Shown one piece after another: positions 10,217-19,760 of a stretch of 64,000 nt of DNA. The notes beneath the pieces are model-generated. The model saw only the letters and a list, made by a program, of their open reading frames with translations. It did no database searches and was not told the origin of the DNA. The position numbers and the translations under genes are program-made. Numbering within the stretch: the first letter of the stretch is position 1; each line of letters starts with the position of its first letter. Source of the DNA: Selenomonadaceae bacterium (GTDB taxonomy: Bacteria; Bacillota; Negativicutes; Selenomonadales; Selenomonadaceae); the NCBI GenBank assembly GCA_017484005.1, contig JAFUTY010000013.1, positions 3,454-67,453 on the forward strand, in the 5' to 3' direction.

Positions 10217-10978
10217 TCAGAGTCCTTTTTCTTTCAAAACTTTGACGACCATCTCGCCATAAGCGATTGACGATTCGACAGAAGTTCCGGTGATAAATGT
10301 TCCATCATAGACAACTTTCGGATTCTCGCGGCTGGTTGTTGGAATCGCGACACATTTTCCATTTGGACCAACTGCATCGATTGTCAAATCTTCGACTGGC
10401 CATAAAAATCCTGGAGTGATCACGTTCGGCTTCCAATCAGTTCCATAGAGTTCATAGCTCGAATCATAATCGCCATAGAAATCCCATGCGCGTGGATGTG
10501 CAGTCATTTCATGTCCCCAGACGATTGATTTGTAGCCATTTTCAGGATCGCGACAGAAAATCAGCGTTGCAGTTGCATAGCAGAGTGCCGCGACGACTTT
10601 CTTCGATTTGTAGCCATCCATGACGAGTTTATGCAGATAATAATCATTGCACATATCGAACATCGCGCCGAGTCCGCCAGTGATAACAATCGCGTCATAA
10701 TCCTTCATGTTGACGTCTTTGAACTTTTTCGGATGATTCAATTCTTCGCCGTCAACAAGCTCTTTGATTCGATCGCAAACCTCTTTCGGATTGGTGTGCA
10801 CTTTTTGAACTGGATCGAAGAATTCCGGATCGACAGAAATTTGAAGTGGATAAGGTTTTTTGCCGGTGCGAGTGATGAGCGTGACTTCATGTCCAGCCGC
10901 TTTGATGATATCCCATGGTGCTTGAAGCTCTTCGCCCCAAGAACCATATTCGGTTGCCGCAATTAAAACTTTTGCCAT
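10217..10978 (-). CDS. DJ-1/PfpI (type 1 glutamine amidotransferase-like) family protein
   Basis: MAKVLIAATEYGSWGEE..., DAIVITGGLGAMFD, nucleophile-elbow-like VVAALCYATA. Start moved to the Met preceded by AGGAGG (the ORF track starts at 11014). Confidence 0.75.
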   Translation of the reverse strand: MAKVLIAATEYGSWGEELQAPWDIIKAAGHEVTLITRTGKKPYPLQISVDPEFFDPVQKVHTNPKEVCDRIKELVDGEELNHPKKFKDVNMKDYDAIVITGGLGAMFDMCNDYYLHKLVMDGYKSKKVVAALCYATATLIFCRDPENGYKSIVWGHEMTAHPRAWDFYGDYDSSYELYGTDWKPNVITPGFLWPVEDLTIDAVGPNGKCVAIPTTSRENPKVVYDGTFITGTSVESSIAYGEMVVKVLKEKGL

Positions 10979-11044
10979 TGAAACTCCTCCTATGAATTTA
11001 TTGTAAAAAGTCAAGACCCGAATTCAAAGTTAGAGCCGACTTTG

Positions 11045-12043
11045 TTACCGATTTTGAATGAGCTCGATGATCTTCTGCGCGAATTTGACATGTTCGCCGC
11101 CAGTTCGAGCGGAAACTAGATCTCCATCGACAACTACATCTTCATTGACGTAATCGATTCCCATGCATTTCGCATCGCCGAGAAGATTGTTATGTACTAC
11201 CATTTTGCGATTTCTCACGAGCTCTGAAATTGGAGACATAAGCCACGCACCGTGACAAATGATCCCTTTGATCAATTTTTTATCCTTGAAACATCTTTTC
11301 AAAAATTCACAGGCGGGCGGAAGTTTTTCAACATCTTCAGTATATCGAAGTCGATCAGCAGTATATCCCGCTGGAATTATGATCGCCGCGAATTCTTTGA
11401 GCTGTCTTTGATCGATCGTCTCGAAACTCTCGGAACATTTGAACGGCTTGCGATCTTCATGCCCCGTGAATGTCAATTCTGGATTTCCCCAAAGTCGCGT
11501 CAGAAAATGAACTTCGAGCCCTGCGTCATTGAAACAATGTGAATAGAATTCGATCTCCGGCTCATAAAAATCACTCTCGATCAATACTCCAATTTTCAAT
11601 CGCGGTTTGATCATTTCAACATCTGAAAGTTTTTTGATCGCGATTAAATGATTTCTGCCGTTTTCGAATCGATATTCCAATTCATCCATGATTGTTGTGT
11701 ATAGAAATATTCCGAGCCCACCGATTCCGCGCGATTCGATTTCCGCATCGATATCAACTTCAGGCTTTTCTTCCAGCGGATTATATGGAGTGCCCTCGTC
11801 GATGAATTCGAATCGAAGTGATTTTTGAGCCTCGAGAAATTCGCACGAGATCCAAAGTTTTTTCGAATTCGAATAATCGATGATGTTTACCAAAATTTCT
11901 TCCGAGCAAACTTTGAGACGATTGATCAATTTGTCGTCACTGACGTATTGAGTGATTTCGTTCGTGAGTGTCTCGAGCAATTTTGGCAATGAATCGCGCT
12001 CTGCAATTGATTCCAAATTTTTGAGCATCGAATCACTCCTCAA
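11045..12043 (-). CDS. Fusion protein: RsbW/SpoIIAB-like anti-sigma serine kinase (HATPase_c) N-terminal domain plus DJ-1/PfpI C-terminal domain
   Basis: N-terminal 140 aa: N-box SEEILVNIIDYS, G1 IDEGTPYNP, G2 RGIGGLGIFL. C-terminal 180 aa: AAIIIPAGY... and nucleophile elbow GIICHGAWL. The start may be the Met at 12028. Overlaps the upstream STAS gene. Confidence 0.7.
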   Translation of the reverse strand: MRSDSMLKNLESIAERDSLPKLLETLTNEITQYVSDDKLINRLKVCSEEILVNIIDYSNSKKLWISCEFLEAQKSLRFEFIDEGTPYNPLEEKPEVDIDAEIESRGIGGLGIFLYTTIMDELEYRFENGRNHLIAIKKLSDVEMIKPRLKIGVLIESDFYEPEIEFYSHCFNDAGLEVHFLTRLWGNPELTFTGHEDRKPFKCSESFETIDQRQLKEFAAIIIPAGYTADRLRYTEDVEKLPPACEFLKRCFKDKKLIKGIICHGAWLMSPISELVRNRKMVVHNNLLGDAKCMGIDYVNEDVVVDGDLVSARTGGEHVKFAQKIIELIQNR

Positions 12044-12353
12044 AGGAATCTTTAATCGTGAGGAATTTATCGATACCTGTCATTTTGAAAACATCGAGAA
12101 TCGCTTCCGACGCTCCAATCAGATAAACTTCAACATTCGCGCCGAGTTTCTGCTTTGCAAATACAACTGCACGAATTCCTGCGCTCGCGATATATTCGAG
12201 ATCCTTGGCATCGAAAACCAATTTTTTGATTTCATCTTTGCGCTCGATAAGCGGTTTCAATTCTTCCATTAACGCTGGCGCAATCGATGCATCGATGTGT
12301 CCATGAAGATTGATTTTTGTAACTTCGCCGATTTCTTGAACGTAAGTTGCCAT
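12033..12353 (-). CDS. STAS-domain anti-sigma-factor antagonist-like protein
   Basis: 106 aa. STAS fold pattern with a candidate phospho-Ser in LEYIASAGIRAVV. Lies immediately upstream of, and overlaps, the kinase fusion gene. Confidence 0.8.
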   Translation of the reverse strand: MATYVQEIGEVTKINLHGHIDASIAPALMEELKPLIERKDEIKKLVFDAKDLEYIASAGIRAVVFAKQKLGANVEVYLIGASEAILDVFKMTGIDKFLTIKDSFEE

Positions 12354-12364
12354 TGTTTACCTCC

Positions 12365-14173
12365 TCAAACCGGAACGATTCTGACTTTGATTTTTGGACG
12401 ATGATCCATTGCCGGAAGTGTGACAGTGAAATTTTCCGCATCGAATGCAGTCCATGGCTTTTCGTCGATTGTGACTGATTCGATTTTGCATGATCCCTTC
12501 GGAAGTATATCCGGTTGAACATGAATTTTGTTATCTTCCGCGAATCCATTGATCATTGGTTTGAAATACAAATCGAGCGGCTGTTTTGTATGAAGAAGAT
12601 TGATGTAAACTGCCGAGAGGAATGCAAGCTCGATTGAATGATAGCAACTCATCGAGTGCGATCCCTTGAGTCTCTCGTTGCCAGTCAAGAATGGAATTCC
12701 ATTGTTCAAAACGTTGAAATAGACTGCGCCATCGTCATGGTCAAGGAAATATGTATTGTAGAAAGCCGCCGAGATTCTTGCGAGATTCTGATATTCCGGC
12801 TTTTTCAAACATCCATAAAGGATCTGATACGCCAAAATTCCCTGTTCCTGCTGCCACCATGCTTTGCGATCATGCCACGCGAATCGATAGCAGGATTCAT
12901 CCTCACCGAGTTTGCGTTCCATGACGTCATACCAACCACCGCGGCGAGTATCCATTCCAACTTTCGGCATGATTTCAGCGATCTTTTCCGCGAATGCAAC
13001 ATATTTATCTTTTGCAACTGCAGAATTGATTCGCATGAGATTCCAAGCGATTTTCAAATTGTGCCCGACAACTCCACGATTCTGCTGCCAGCCCCAATGT
13101 TCATCGTGAGACCAATCATCGAAGAATTTTTCTTGAACGAATGGAGAATTATCATAATCCTTGAAATGCTCCTCGATGCAATCAGCGGTATATTCGAGGA
13201 AATCTTTGTACTTGTCATCCATCGTCGCGAGATAGAGATTGATCAAATACGCCGGCGCATGATCTCCAACTGAATTCCAATTCTTGCGACCGACATTTCT
13301 GCCGAGCGATTCAGATTTTGGATCAAAAGTCACCGGATCGATGTGCGAATAATATCCACCTTTTTCGCGATCGATGAAAAATTTATCGAAGAGACTAATC
13401 GTCATGCGAATATCACGCATAATCGCGGGATCGCCATTCAATCGATAAGTTTGAGTTGGTCCAGCGAGAGCATAAATCTGCTCGTACATTGGAATCGCTT
13501 CGATATCATCATCAAATTCCGATGTGAAGAGTTTATGCTCCTTGTCGCCTTGAACATCGATTCCATGATACCAATACACCACATTTTCATCGATGTCGTA
13601 GAATCTCATGTGGTCGCGGAGATATTGAGTTCCTTTCTCCGCAACTTCCAAAAATCGATCTTCGCCGGTGAGCATATATGCACTCGCCATGCCATAAATC
13701 ATTCTCGAAATTGTATCTGTTTCTTGACGGAAATCCTTCTTGCGAACTCCATCGAGAGTCAACCGAGTGCGATATTGACGATAATCGATCTCGCCATTTG
13801 GAAATTCCGCCCGAATATAGAAATCAGCGATACTCTTAGCTTGATTGACCCACCAATCTGCCTCCTCGAATCTCATCTCGGAAGGCTTGCGACCTGGAAA
13901 ATCGATGTAAGATGCCTCGAAGTGAGTCCCCGATTCATCCGGATAATAGATTCCGTAGACAAACATCAATTGACCTTCGCGAAGAAGTTTATCGAGCTGT
14001 CCAGTGCAATCACGATACGGCTCGTCGAGATTTCTCATGATTCGAGCGTAAATATTCTGTGAGAGTTTGAATTTGACATCGTCGCCTGCAAAACTTCGAA
14101 CGACTCCAGTGCGAGTTGACGCGTCATAACTTTGACAAATTCCACCGATAGTATCTGAGAATTCAAATCCCAT
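12365..14173 (-). CDS. AGE-family (N-acylglucosamine 2-epimerase / cellobiose 2-epimerase-like) alpha/alpha-barrel protein with N- and C-terminal extensions
   Basis: 602 aa. Repeated aromatic-rich helical hairpin pattern. The WWQQEQG and HNLKIAWNL type motifs resemble the AGE superfamily. Family call by eye only. Confidence 0.5.
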   Translation of the reverse strand: MGFEFSDTIGGICQSYDASTRTGVVRSFAGDDVKFKLSQNIYARIMRNLDEPYRDCTGQLDKLLREGQLMFVYGIYYPDESGTHFEASYIDFPGRKPSEMRFEEADWWVNQAKSIADFYIRAEFPNGEIDYRQYRTRLTLDGVRKKDFRQETDTISRMIYGMASAYMLTGEDRFLEVAEKGTQYLRDHMRFYDIDENVVYWYHGIDVQGDKEHKLFTSEFDDDIEAIPMYEQIYALAGPTQTYRLNGDPAIMRDIRMTISLFDKFFIDREKGGYYSHIDPVTFDPKSESLGRNVGRKNWNSVGDHAPAYLINLYLATMDDKYKDFLEYTADCIEEHFKDYDNSPFVQEKFFDDWSHDEHWGWQQNRGVVGHNLKIAWNLMRINSAVAKDKYVAFAEKIAEIMPKVGMDTRRGGWYDVMERKLGEDESCYRFAWHDRKAWWQQEQGILAYQILYGCLKKPEYQNLARISAAFYNTYFLDHDDGAVYFNVLNNGIPFLTGNERLKGSHSMSCYHSIELAFLSAVYINLLHTKQPLDLYFKPMINGFAEDNKIHVQPDILPKGSCKIESVTIDEKPWTAFDAENFTVTLPAMDHRPKIKVRIVPV

Positions 14174-14279
14174 GAACTTCCCTCCTCATTCATTTGTTAC
14201 TTGCAACGTGTGAGATTCTAGATCACTGCATTTTTTGGAGAGATAAATCTTTCTTTATCTGAAAACTTAGAACCGAACT

Positions 14280-14327
14280 AAAAAGATCCCCGACAGATCG
14301 CGTTGATCTATCGGGGATCTTTTTTTA
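14280..14327 (-). terminator. Bidirectional rho-independent terminator after the PP2C phosphatase gene
   Basis: AAAAA-GATCCCCGA c AGATC gcgtt GATCT a TCGGGGATC-TTTTTTT. Stems of 9+5 bp. The stop codon of the 14325 gene lies in the T/A tract. Confidence 0.8.
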
Positions 14328-16511
14328 GTTCCGGAATCTCACTGCGAGCATCGTGATATCGTCTGATTGAGCAGCCTCTCCAACATGATCTGAAATATCT
14401 GCACGAACTGCTTTCAATAATGTTTTGAGATCCGTCGTCTTATCGAGGGAATTGATCGTTTTTGACAATCGATCCTCACCATATTGATTGTTCGAAATAT
14501 CCATCGCCTCAGTGACTCCATCGGTGTAGAGATAAAGAATATCGCCGGATTTCAAATCGACTTCCTGCTGCTCAAAATCCATTCCATCCATCATTCCGAG
14601 CACAACATTCTGCTCGACGTTCAAAAACTCGAATCGATCTTCAGATTTTCGATAAAGCATTGGAGGATTGTGTCCGCCGTTGACATAGATGAACTTTCCA
14701 GTTTTCAAATCAAGCATTCCCATGAAAACTGTCACAAACATCATTTCATCATTTCCATCGCAAAGCTGTTGATTCGCGAGAGTCATGACTGCCGAGAGAT
14801 CGTCCGGAGATTTCATCGATAGCGCAAAATTTTTCAACACTGTTTTCGAGATAACCATGAATAGAGCTGCTGGAACTCCTTTGCCACTGACATCCGCGAT
14901 CGTGATCATTAAATGATTTTCATCGAGCATATAAAAATCATAAAAATCACCGCCAACCTCTTTCGCCGCATTCATTCGAGCATAAATTTCAAATCCTTTT
15001 CCGATGTTGAAATCTCGCGGAAGCATGCTGAGCTGGATATTCGTTGCAACATTCAATTCCGTCGCAATTCTTTCTTTATCAGCAGTGACTTTCGTCAGAT
15101 TCGCCATGTAATTTTTGAGTTCCATTGTCATTCCGTTGAAAGTTTCGGCGAGATGCTCGATTTCATTCCCTGTATGAATTTCCAATCTCTTATCAAGATT
15201 CCCACTCGCAATTTCTCTAACTCCATCGGACAAAATCATAATCGGTTTCGTCAATGTTTCAGAGATTTTTCTTCCAATATATGGAGCAATCAGAATCACA
15301 ATGACAAACGCAATAAGCATTAATGAAACCATCATCGTTATTGAACCGTTAAGAGTTTTGACAAATTCGCGAGTGCTATCTTCAATCATATGACGCGTAG
15401 TATCAGCAGGAATTGTGATTTCTGATTCTTCAATCACCACGCCAAAACTCCAGCCTGGACGATTTTCGATTGGAGTATAAGCGAGATAACATGGCTTTCC
15501 ATCGATATTGACTTGAGCGATTCCCTCTTGACCGTCAACCATCTCTTTCGCAACGGCAGAGATAGTCGGCTCTTTGCTATAGAGGAGACTCGGCGCGTCA
15601 TTGATATCATCGACATTGTTTATCGATAGAGAGCCGCCGCCCTCAGTTTTTGGAGAGAAAACAATTCGTCCATTTTGATTAATCAGAAAGCAATATCCAG
15701 TTTCACCGACATCAGTTTTGGTGACAATCTTATTGATATCAGTGAGAATTCGCCCTTCACCAATAATTCCAGCGATTTCGCCATTGTATCCATAATAAGG
15801 CATCGCGCATGAAATCGCCAATCCACGCCCATGACTATCAACAAAAATATTTGAAAAAGCTACATCCTGTTTCTCCATTGCCATCTTATACCATGGACGC
15901 TCGCGATAGTCATTGAACATCGGCACATTGTTTGAATCGACGCGACGCTCTGAAACATCATCGACGGTGATATTGAATCCATTCACTGACGAAACATAAA
16001 TCGCACCGACCGAAGGATTGTTTTCCATGATTCTCATCTGAAAATCTTGAAGATTCGCCGTCAATCCAACTTCTGTAGATAAATTCGCAGGATTGACATC
16101 GGCTCGATATTGAAGTTGAGGGACAATTCTTCCAGCGTTCAAAGCATTAGGAGGATTGACGCGACGCAAAGAATATTCCGAAGGATTCTGCAAAATTGCT
16201 GTCATTTCTTGAGACAGACTTCTAACATCGCGCTCAAAATCTCGAAATATAGTCTCAATCTGATCCGCCCGCTCATTGGCAAGACTCAAAAGTCCATTGA
16301 GAGTCTTAGTTTTCAGAGCTTGAGAGCTACTTTCCGCGGCAAAATTTCCAATATCAACGCCGATTTGAACTGAATCCTTTCGAACGTTATACATCGCGAC
16401 GAGAGAAATCAATCCTGCAACCAATAAAGACACGATGCAACATGCGAGCACCAGATATTGAACCTGCTTTTTGATTCCCATTCTGCCGATTTGTTTAAAC
16501 TTTTCTTTCAT
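14325..16511 (-). CDS. Membrane sensor PP2C phosphatase (SpoIIE/RsbU family) with extracytoplasmic Cache-like domain and HAMP
   Basis: 728 aa. TM helix, about 330 aa periplasmic region, second TM helix, HAMP (PIMILSDGVREIASGNLDKRLE). PP2C/SpoIIE motifs GGDFYDF, DVSGKGVPAALFM, YTDGVTEA, DDITMLAV. Confidence 0.85.
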   Translation of the reverse strand: MKEKFKQIGRMGIKKQVQYLVLACCIVSLLVAGLISLVAMYNVRKDSVQIGVDIGNFAAESSSQALKTKTLNGLLSLANERADQIETIFRDFERDVRSLSQEMTAILQNPSEYSLRRVNPPNALNAGRIVPQLQYRADVNPANLSTEVGLTANLQDFQMRIMENNPSVGAIYVSSVNGFNITVDDVSERRVDSNNVPMFNDYRERPWYKMAMEKQDVAFSNIFVDSHGRGLAISCAMPYYGYNGEIAGIIGEGRILTDINKIVTKTDVGETGYCFLINQNGRIVFSPKTEGGGSLSINNVDDINDAPSLLYSKEPTISAVAKEMVDGQEGIAQVNIDGKPCYLAYTPIENRPGWSFGVVIEESEITIPADTTRHMIEDSTREFVKTLNGSITMMVSLMLIAFVIVILIAPYIGRKISETLTKPIMILSDGVREIASGNLDKRLEIHTGNEIEHLAETFNGMTMELKNYMANLTKVTADKERIATELNVATNIQLSMLPRDFNIGKGFEIYARMNAAKEVGGDFYDFYMLDENHLMITIADVSGKGVPAALFMVISKTVLKNFALSMKSPDDLSAVMTLANQQLCDGNDEMMFVTVFMGMLDLKTGKFIYVNGGHNPPMLYRKSEDRFEFLNVEQNVVLGMMDGMDFEQQEVDLKSGDILYLYTDGVTEAMDISNNQYGEDRLSKTINSLDKTTDLKTLLKAVRADISDHVGEAAQSDDITMLAVRFRN

Positions 16512-17539
16512 TCAACAATAATCCTGCCTTCATAACATTTTTTCACATAGTCACGAATCTTTGAAAAATTTTCAGTCAACGTGAGCAAATCGAAATTAAT
16601 CGAAACTTTTCGCGGATTATGAAGAATCATGACTTCACGTTCAGAACATAACGGCTTGAATCCTGCGAAAAAATATCCCAACTTTTTCAAGATTTGATAA
16701 GCAGTAACAGATTTTGAATCGCTCATATTCAAAAAAATATTGAACGTTTGCAAATCTGAATTGAATTGCGAATGTAACGATTCAACTTTCGAAATCAGAT
16801 CTTCACCGGCTGAATCGATTTCAATCATGCAATTTTGTTGAATCGAATCGTTTGAGAAATTCCAAATCGTTTGACCATCGATCGGTTGAGATTCATGAAT
16901 CAAGTCGAATTTCACTTTCAACGATTTATAAATTTTTTGCGCAAAATCTCGATGTTCTTCCGCGATGTAAATTTTGCCCGCGTCATGCTTAGAAACTTTT
17001 CGAATAGTAAAACCGAGAGTATGTTTCAAATTTTCATCGATTGAGAATGAATGTTGAAAATTTTGCGCGATAATCAATTGAGGAACAAATCCAGTCGGCT
17101 TTAATCCTAGACGCTCCATCAATTTTTCAGTGATATCATGATACAAAACCAATCGACAATAAATCGCAGAAACATTTGGGAGCTTTCGAATTTGAGCGGC
17201 GATATATTTGGAAAAATTTTGGAAAATGTAATAGCGTCGATATTTTTTCAAAACGATTCCAGACGAGATTCCGCACGATGTTTCTCGCGGAAGATTTCGA
17301 GTCAGCGATAGACATCCAATTATCTCGCCATCTGACTTTTCTGCGACGTAAGTGATCATCTTTCCAGATTCCTGCTGATGAATTATGTAATTTGGATCGT
17401 ACAAATCTCGCTTGTGATATTTATCTCCATATTCATCGCGAATCAAATCAATAAAACTTGCGACGTCATTCGATTTAAATTGACGAAATCTCACGTTGAT
17501 CGATTTGCCTTCCGAATTTTTCAGTTCAATAAAATCCAT
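16508..17539 (-). CDS. Hypothetical two-domain protein, weak GNAT-acetyltransferase-like N-terminal domain
   Basis: 343 aa. Overlaps the downstream phosphatase gene by 4 nt. The region ITYVAEKSDGEIIGCLSLTR...VLKKYRRYYIF looks GNAT-like but lacks a clear Q/RxxGxG motif. Confidence 0.35.
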   Translation of the reverse strand: MDFIELKNSEGKSINVRFRQFKSNDVASFIDLIRDEYGDKYHKRDLYDPNYIIHQQESGKMITYVAEKSDGEIIGCLSLTRNLPRETSCGISSGIVLKKYRRYYIFQNFSKYIAAQIRKLPNVSAIYCRLVLYHDITEKLMERLGLKPTGFVPQLIIAQNFQHSFSIDENLKHTLGFTIRKVSKHDAGKIYIAEEHRDFAQKIYKSLKVKFDLIHESQPIDGQTIWNFSNDSIQQNCMIEIDSAGEDLISKVESLHSQFNSDLQTFNIFLNMSDSKSVTAYQILKKLGYFFAGFKPLCSEREVMILHNPRKVSINFDLLTLTENFSKIRDYVKKCYEGRIIVE

Positions 17540-17542
17540 CGA

Positions 17543-19297
17543 TTATTTCTCCTTCCGATTTATAACCACCGCAAGATTATTGATTCCAAGCGTACTTTTA
17601 TAATGAATTTCTTCTGCCGCTTGAGAAATCATCGAAATTCCGAGCGCATCACTCATTGCAAATTCATCCGGATCGATCTCTTTCATTCGTTCGTAATAAT
17701 CGATTGGATTGAACGTCTTTCCACCGTTGCGAATTCGAAGAATGATCGTCGATTCGTCAATCAAAATTCGCACATCGATCCTTTCATCTGCAACGGAATC
17801 GAAACAATGATCCTTGATACTCACAAGCATCTCTTCCATTGACAATTGAATCAGCATGACATCTTTCGAATCGAGTTGATTTTGCTCACAGAATTCGACG
17901 ATTTTTTTGACGCTATCGACAATCGAATCGAGATTTGATTTGACAGTGAAAGAGATAAATCTTCCATCGCGTTCAGATTTCAAATCGAGGAGCAGAATTT
18001 TGGATCGATCATGAAAATCGAGTACGAATTCGCAATAACTCTGATAAAGTTCCAAACCAAAGATCAGAATTGCGAGAGTTCCAACTGACGCAATGATAAA
18101 TGAATACCAAATTCCGTTGATACCAATTTCATTCGACAGAAAATATGCAGGGATCAATAGAAGTAAAAATCCTCGAGAGATCGTGATGAAATTTGCGAGT
18201 CTAGCGAATTTTGCGGATTGATAATAGCTCGTCAGAATCATGCAAATCGTTGCGGGAATCAAACTCAACGAGAAAATTCGAATCGCCTCGGAAGTTTGAA
18301 ATTGTTCGATAGAATCAGTAATTCCAAAGAGATCGCAAATTCGATCTGGAAAAATGCAAATCAAAATGACGCTCGGAATCAGAATCACGAGCGAAAGTTT
18401 GTGAGAATAAGATTCGACGTATCGAAGACTCACATTGTCTTTTTCTTGCGAAAACATCCCGATGAATGCTGAAGTTGCTTGAGAAATTCCGGAGAGAATA
18501 GTATTTGACAGAGCCTCAATAGTTTTCACGACAGAAAAAATCACGAGCCCAACATGTCCCGCGACAACTAGAAGTAGATTGTTCATAATAATGAATCTGA
18601 CGAAGTTGAGAATCTGATTTAGCATCGACGGCGTTCCAAATTTGATTAATGCTTGCGAATGATTCATAAATTTTCGCGTGAATTTAAATGAATCAGTCAA
18701 TAAATACATACCGATTAGAACAGTCAACATCGATGAAAAAACAATTCCGAGCGCAATTCCCTCGAATCCGAAACCGAATCCAATGCAAAAAATGAAATCG
18801 AAAACTGCATTTTCAATCATCATTCCGACGAATAGAATAATCATTGCGCGAAGTTGTCCCGAGAGTTTCATGAAGTGATAAGGCATATAAAATAGCGATG
18901 TGAAAACTCCGCCGAGTGTGTAAATTGTCGCGTAAGATTCAGACATCGAATAAATTTTGTCTGTGCAACCGAGGATATAGAGGAGTTCGCGTTGAAATAT
19001 CAACATCAGAATCGTTGCGAAAATCGATAAACCAATCGCGAATGCAAATGAACATGTGAATCTTGAATTTGCTTCAGATTTATCGTCGCGCCCGAGTGAA
19101 TGTGATGTGATAATTGCGCCGCCGATTCCAATCAATGCACCGATCGCCGCGTAAACTGAATAAATCGGTGAGACGACACTCATCGCCGCGAGTCCATCTG
19201 ATCCGAAAAATTTTCCAGTGAGAATTGAATTCACGACGATGCATAATTGAACTCCCGCCATTGACAGCGACGCGGAAATTGCATGTTTATTGAACAA
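17543..19297 (-). CDS. MATE-family transporter fused to a C-terminal degenerate RsbW-like HATPase_c domain
   Basis: 584 aa. About 440 aa form a 12-helix hydrophobic MATE-like body. The C-terminal 135 aa (SMEEMLVSIKDH ... IRNGGKTFNP ... DALGISMI) are colinear with the kinase domain at 11045-12043, but the N-box Asn and the G1/G2 residues are altered. Confidence 0.65.
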   Translation of the reverse strand: MFNKHAISASLSMAGVQLCIVVNSILTGKFFGSDGLAAMSVVSPIYSVYAAIGALIGIGGAIITSHSLGRDDKSEANSRFTCSFAFAIGLSIFATILMLIFQRELLYILGCTDKIYSMSESYATIYTLGGVFTSLFYMPYHFMKLSGQLRAMIILFVGMMIENAVFDFIFCIGFGFGFEGIALGIVFSSMLTVLIGMYLLTDSFKFTRKFMNHSQALIKFGTPSMLNQILNFVRFIIMNNLLLVVAGHVGLVIFSVVKTIEALSNTILSGISQATSAFIGMFSQEKDNVSLRYVESYSHKLSLVILIPSVILICIFPDRICDLFGITDSIEQFQTSEAIRIFSLSLIPATICMILTSYYQSAKFARLANFITISRGFLLLLIPAYFLSNEIGINGIWYSFIIASVGTLAILIFGLELYQSYCEFVLDFHDRSKILLLDLKSERDGRFISFTVKSNLDSIVDSVKKIVEFCEQNQLDSKDVMLIQLSMEEMLVSIKDHCFDSVADERIDVRILIDESTIILRIRNGGKTFNPIDYYERMKEIDPDEFAMSDALGISMISQAAEEIHYKSTLGINNLAVVINRKEK

Positions 19298-19426
19298 ATT
19301 TCGAAGAAGTCTTTGATCGGCGATTAATTCATTCGTTTCAATCGACTCCTTTCAGAAATCCAAATTTTAATGGATTGAATGAAATCGATTGATAAATTTT
19401 CCTTTATTGATAGAGGAGGAATTTTC

Positions 19427-19760
19427 ATGCCAAATTTAAACTTTGTCGGCAAATCGAAAGTCGTCAATCATCATCGCGACGTGTCATTCAGATTTCTCGA
19501 GCGTCAATATGGATTGAGCGAGAACATGATCATTCATGGCGATAATCTACTCGCATTGAGATCTCTACTTGCAACACATCGCGGAAAGATCAAATGCATT
19601 TATATCGATCCTCCATATAACACTGGAAACGAAAATTGGATCTATAATGACAACGTCAACGATCCAGAGATTCGATCTTGGATTGGAAAAGTTGTTGGTG
19701 ATGAAGAAACTGATCTGAATCGTCATGATAAATGGCTATGCATGATGTATCCTCGACTTC
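19427..19760 (+). repeat. Direct repeat copy A1 (5' block of Mod paralog 1), near-identical to 22082-22415
   Basis: Exact shared runs verified by eye: 44 nt (19457-19500 = 22112-22155) and 54 nt (19622-19675 = 22277-22330). Confidence 0.9.
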
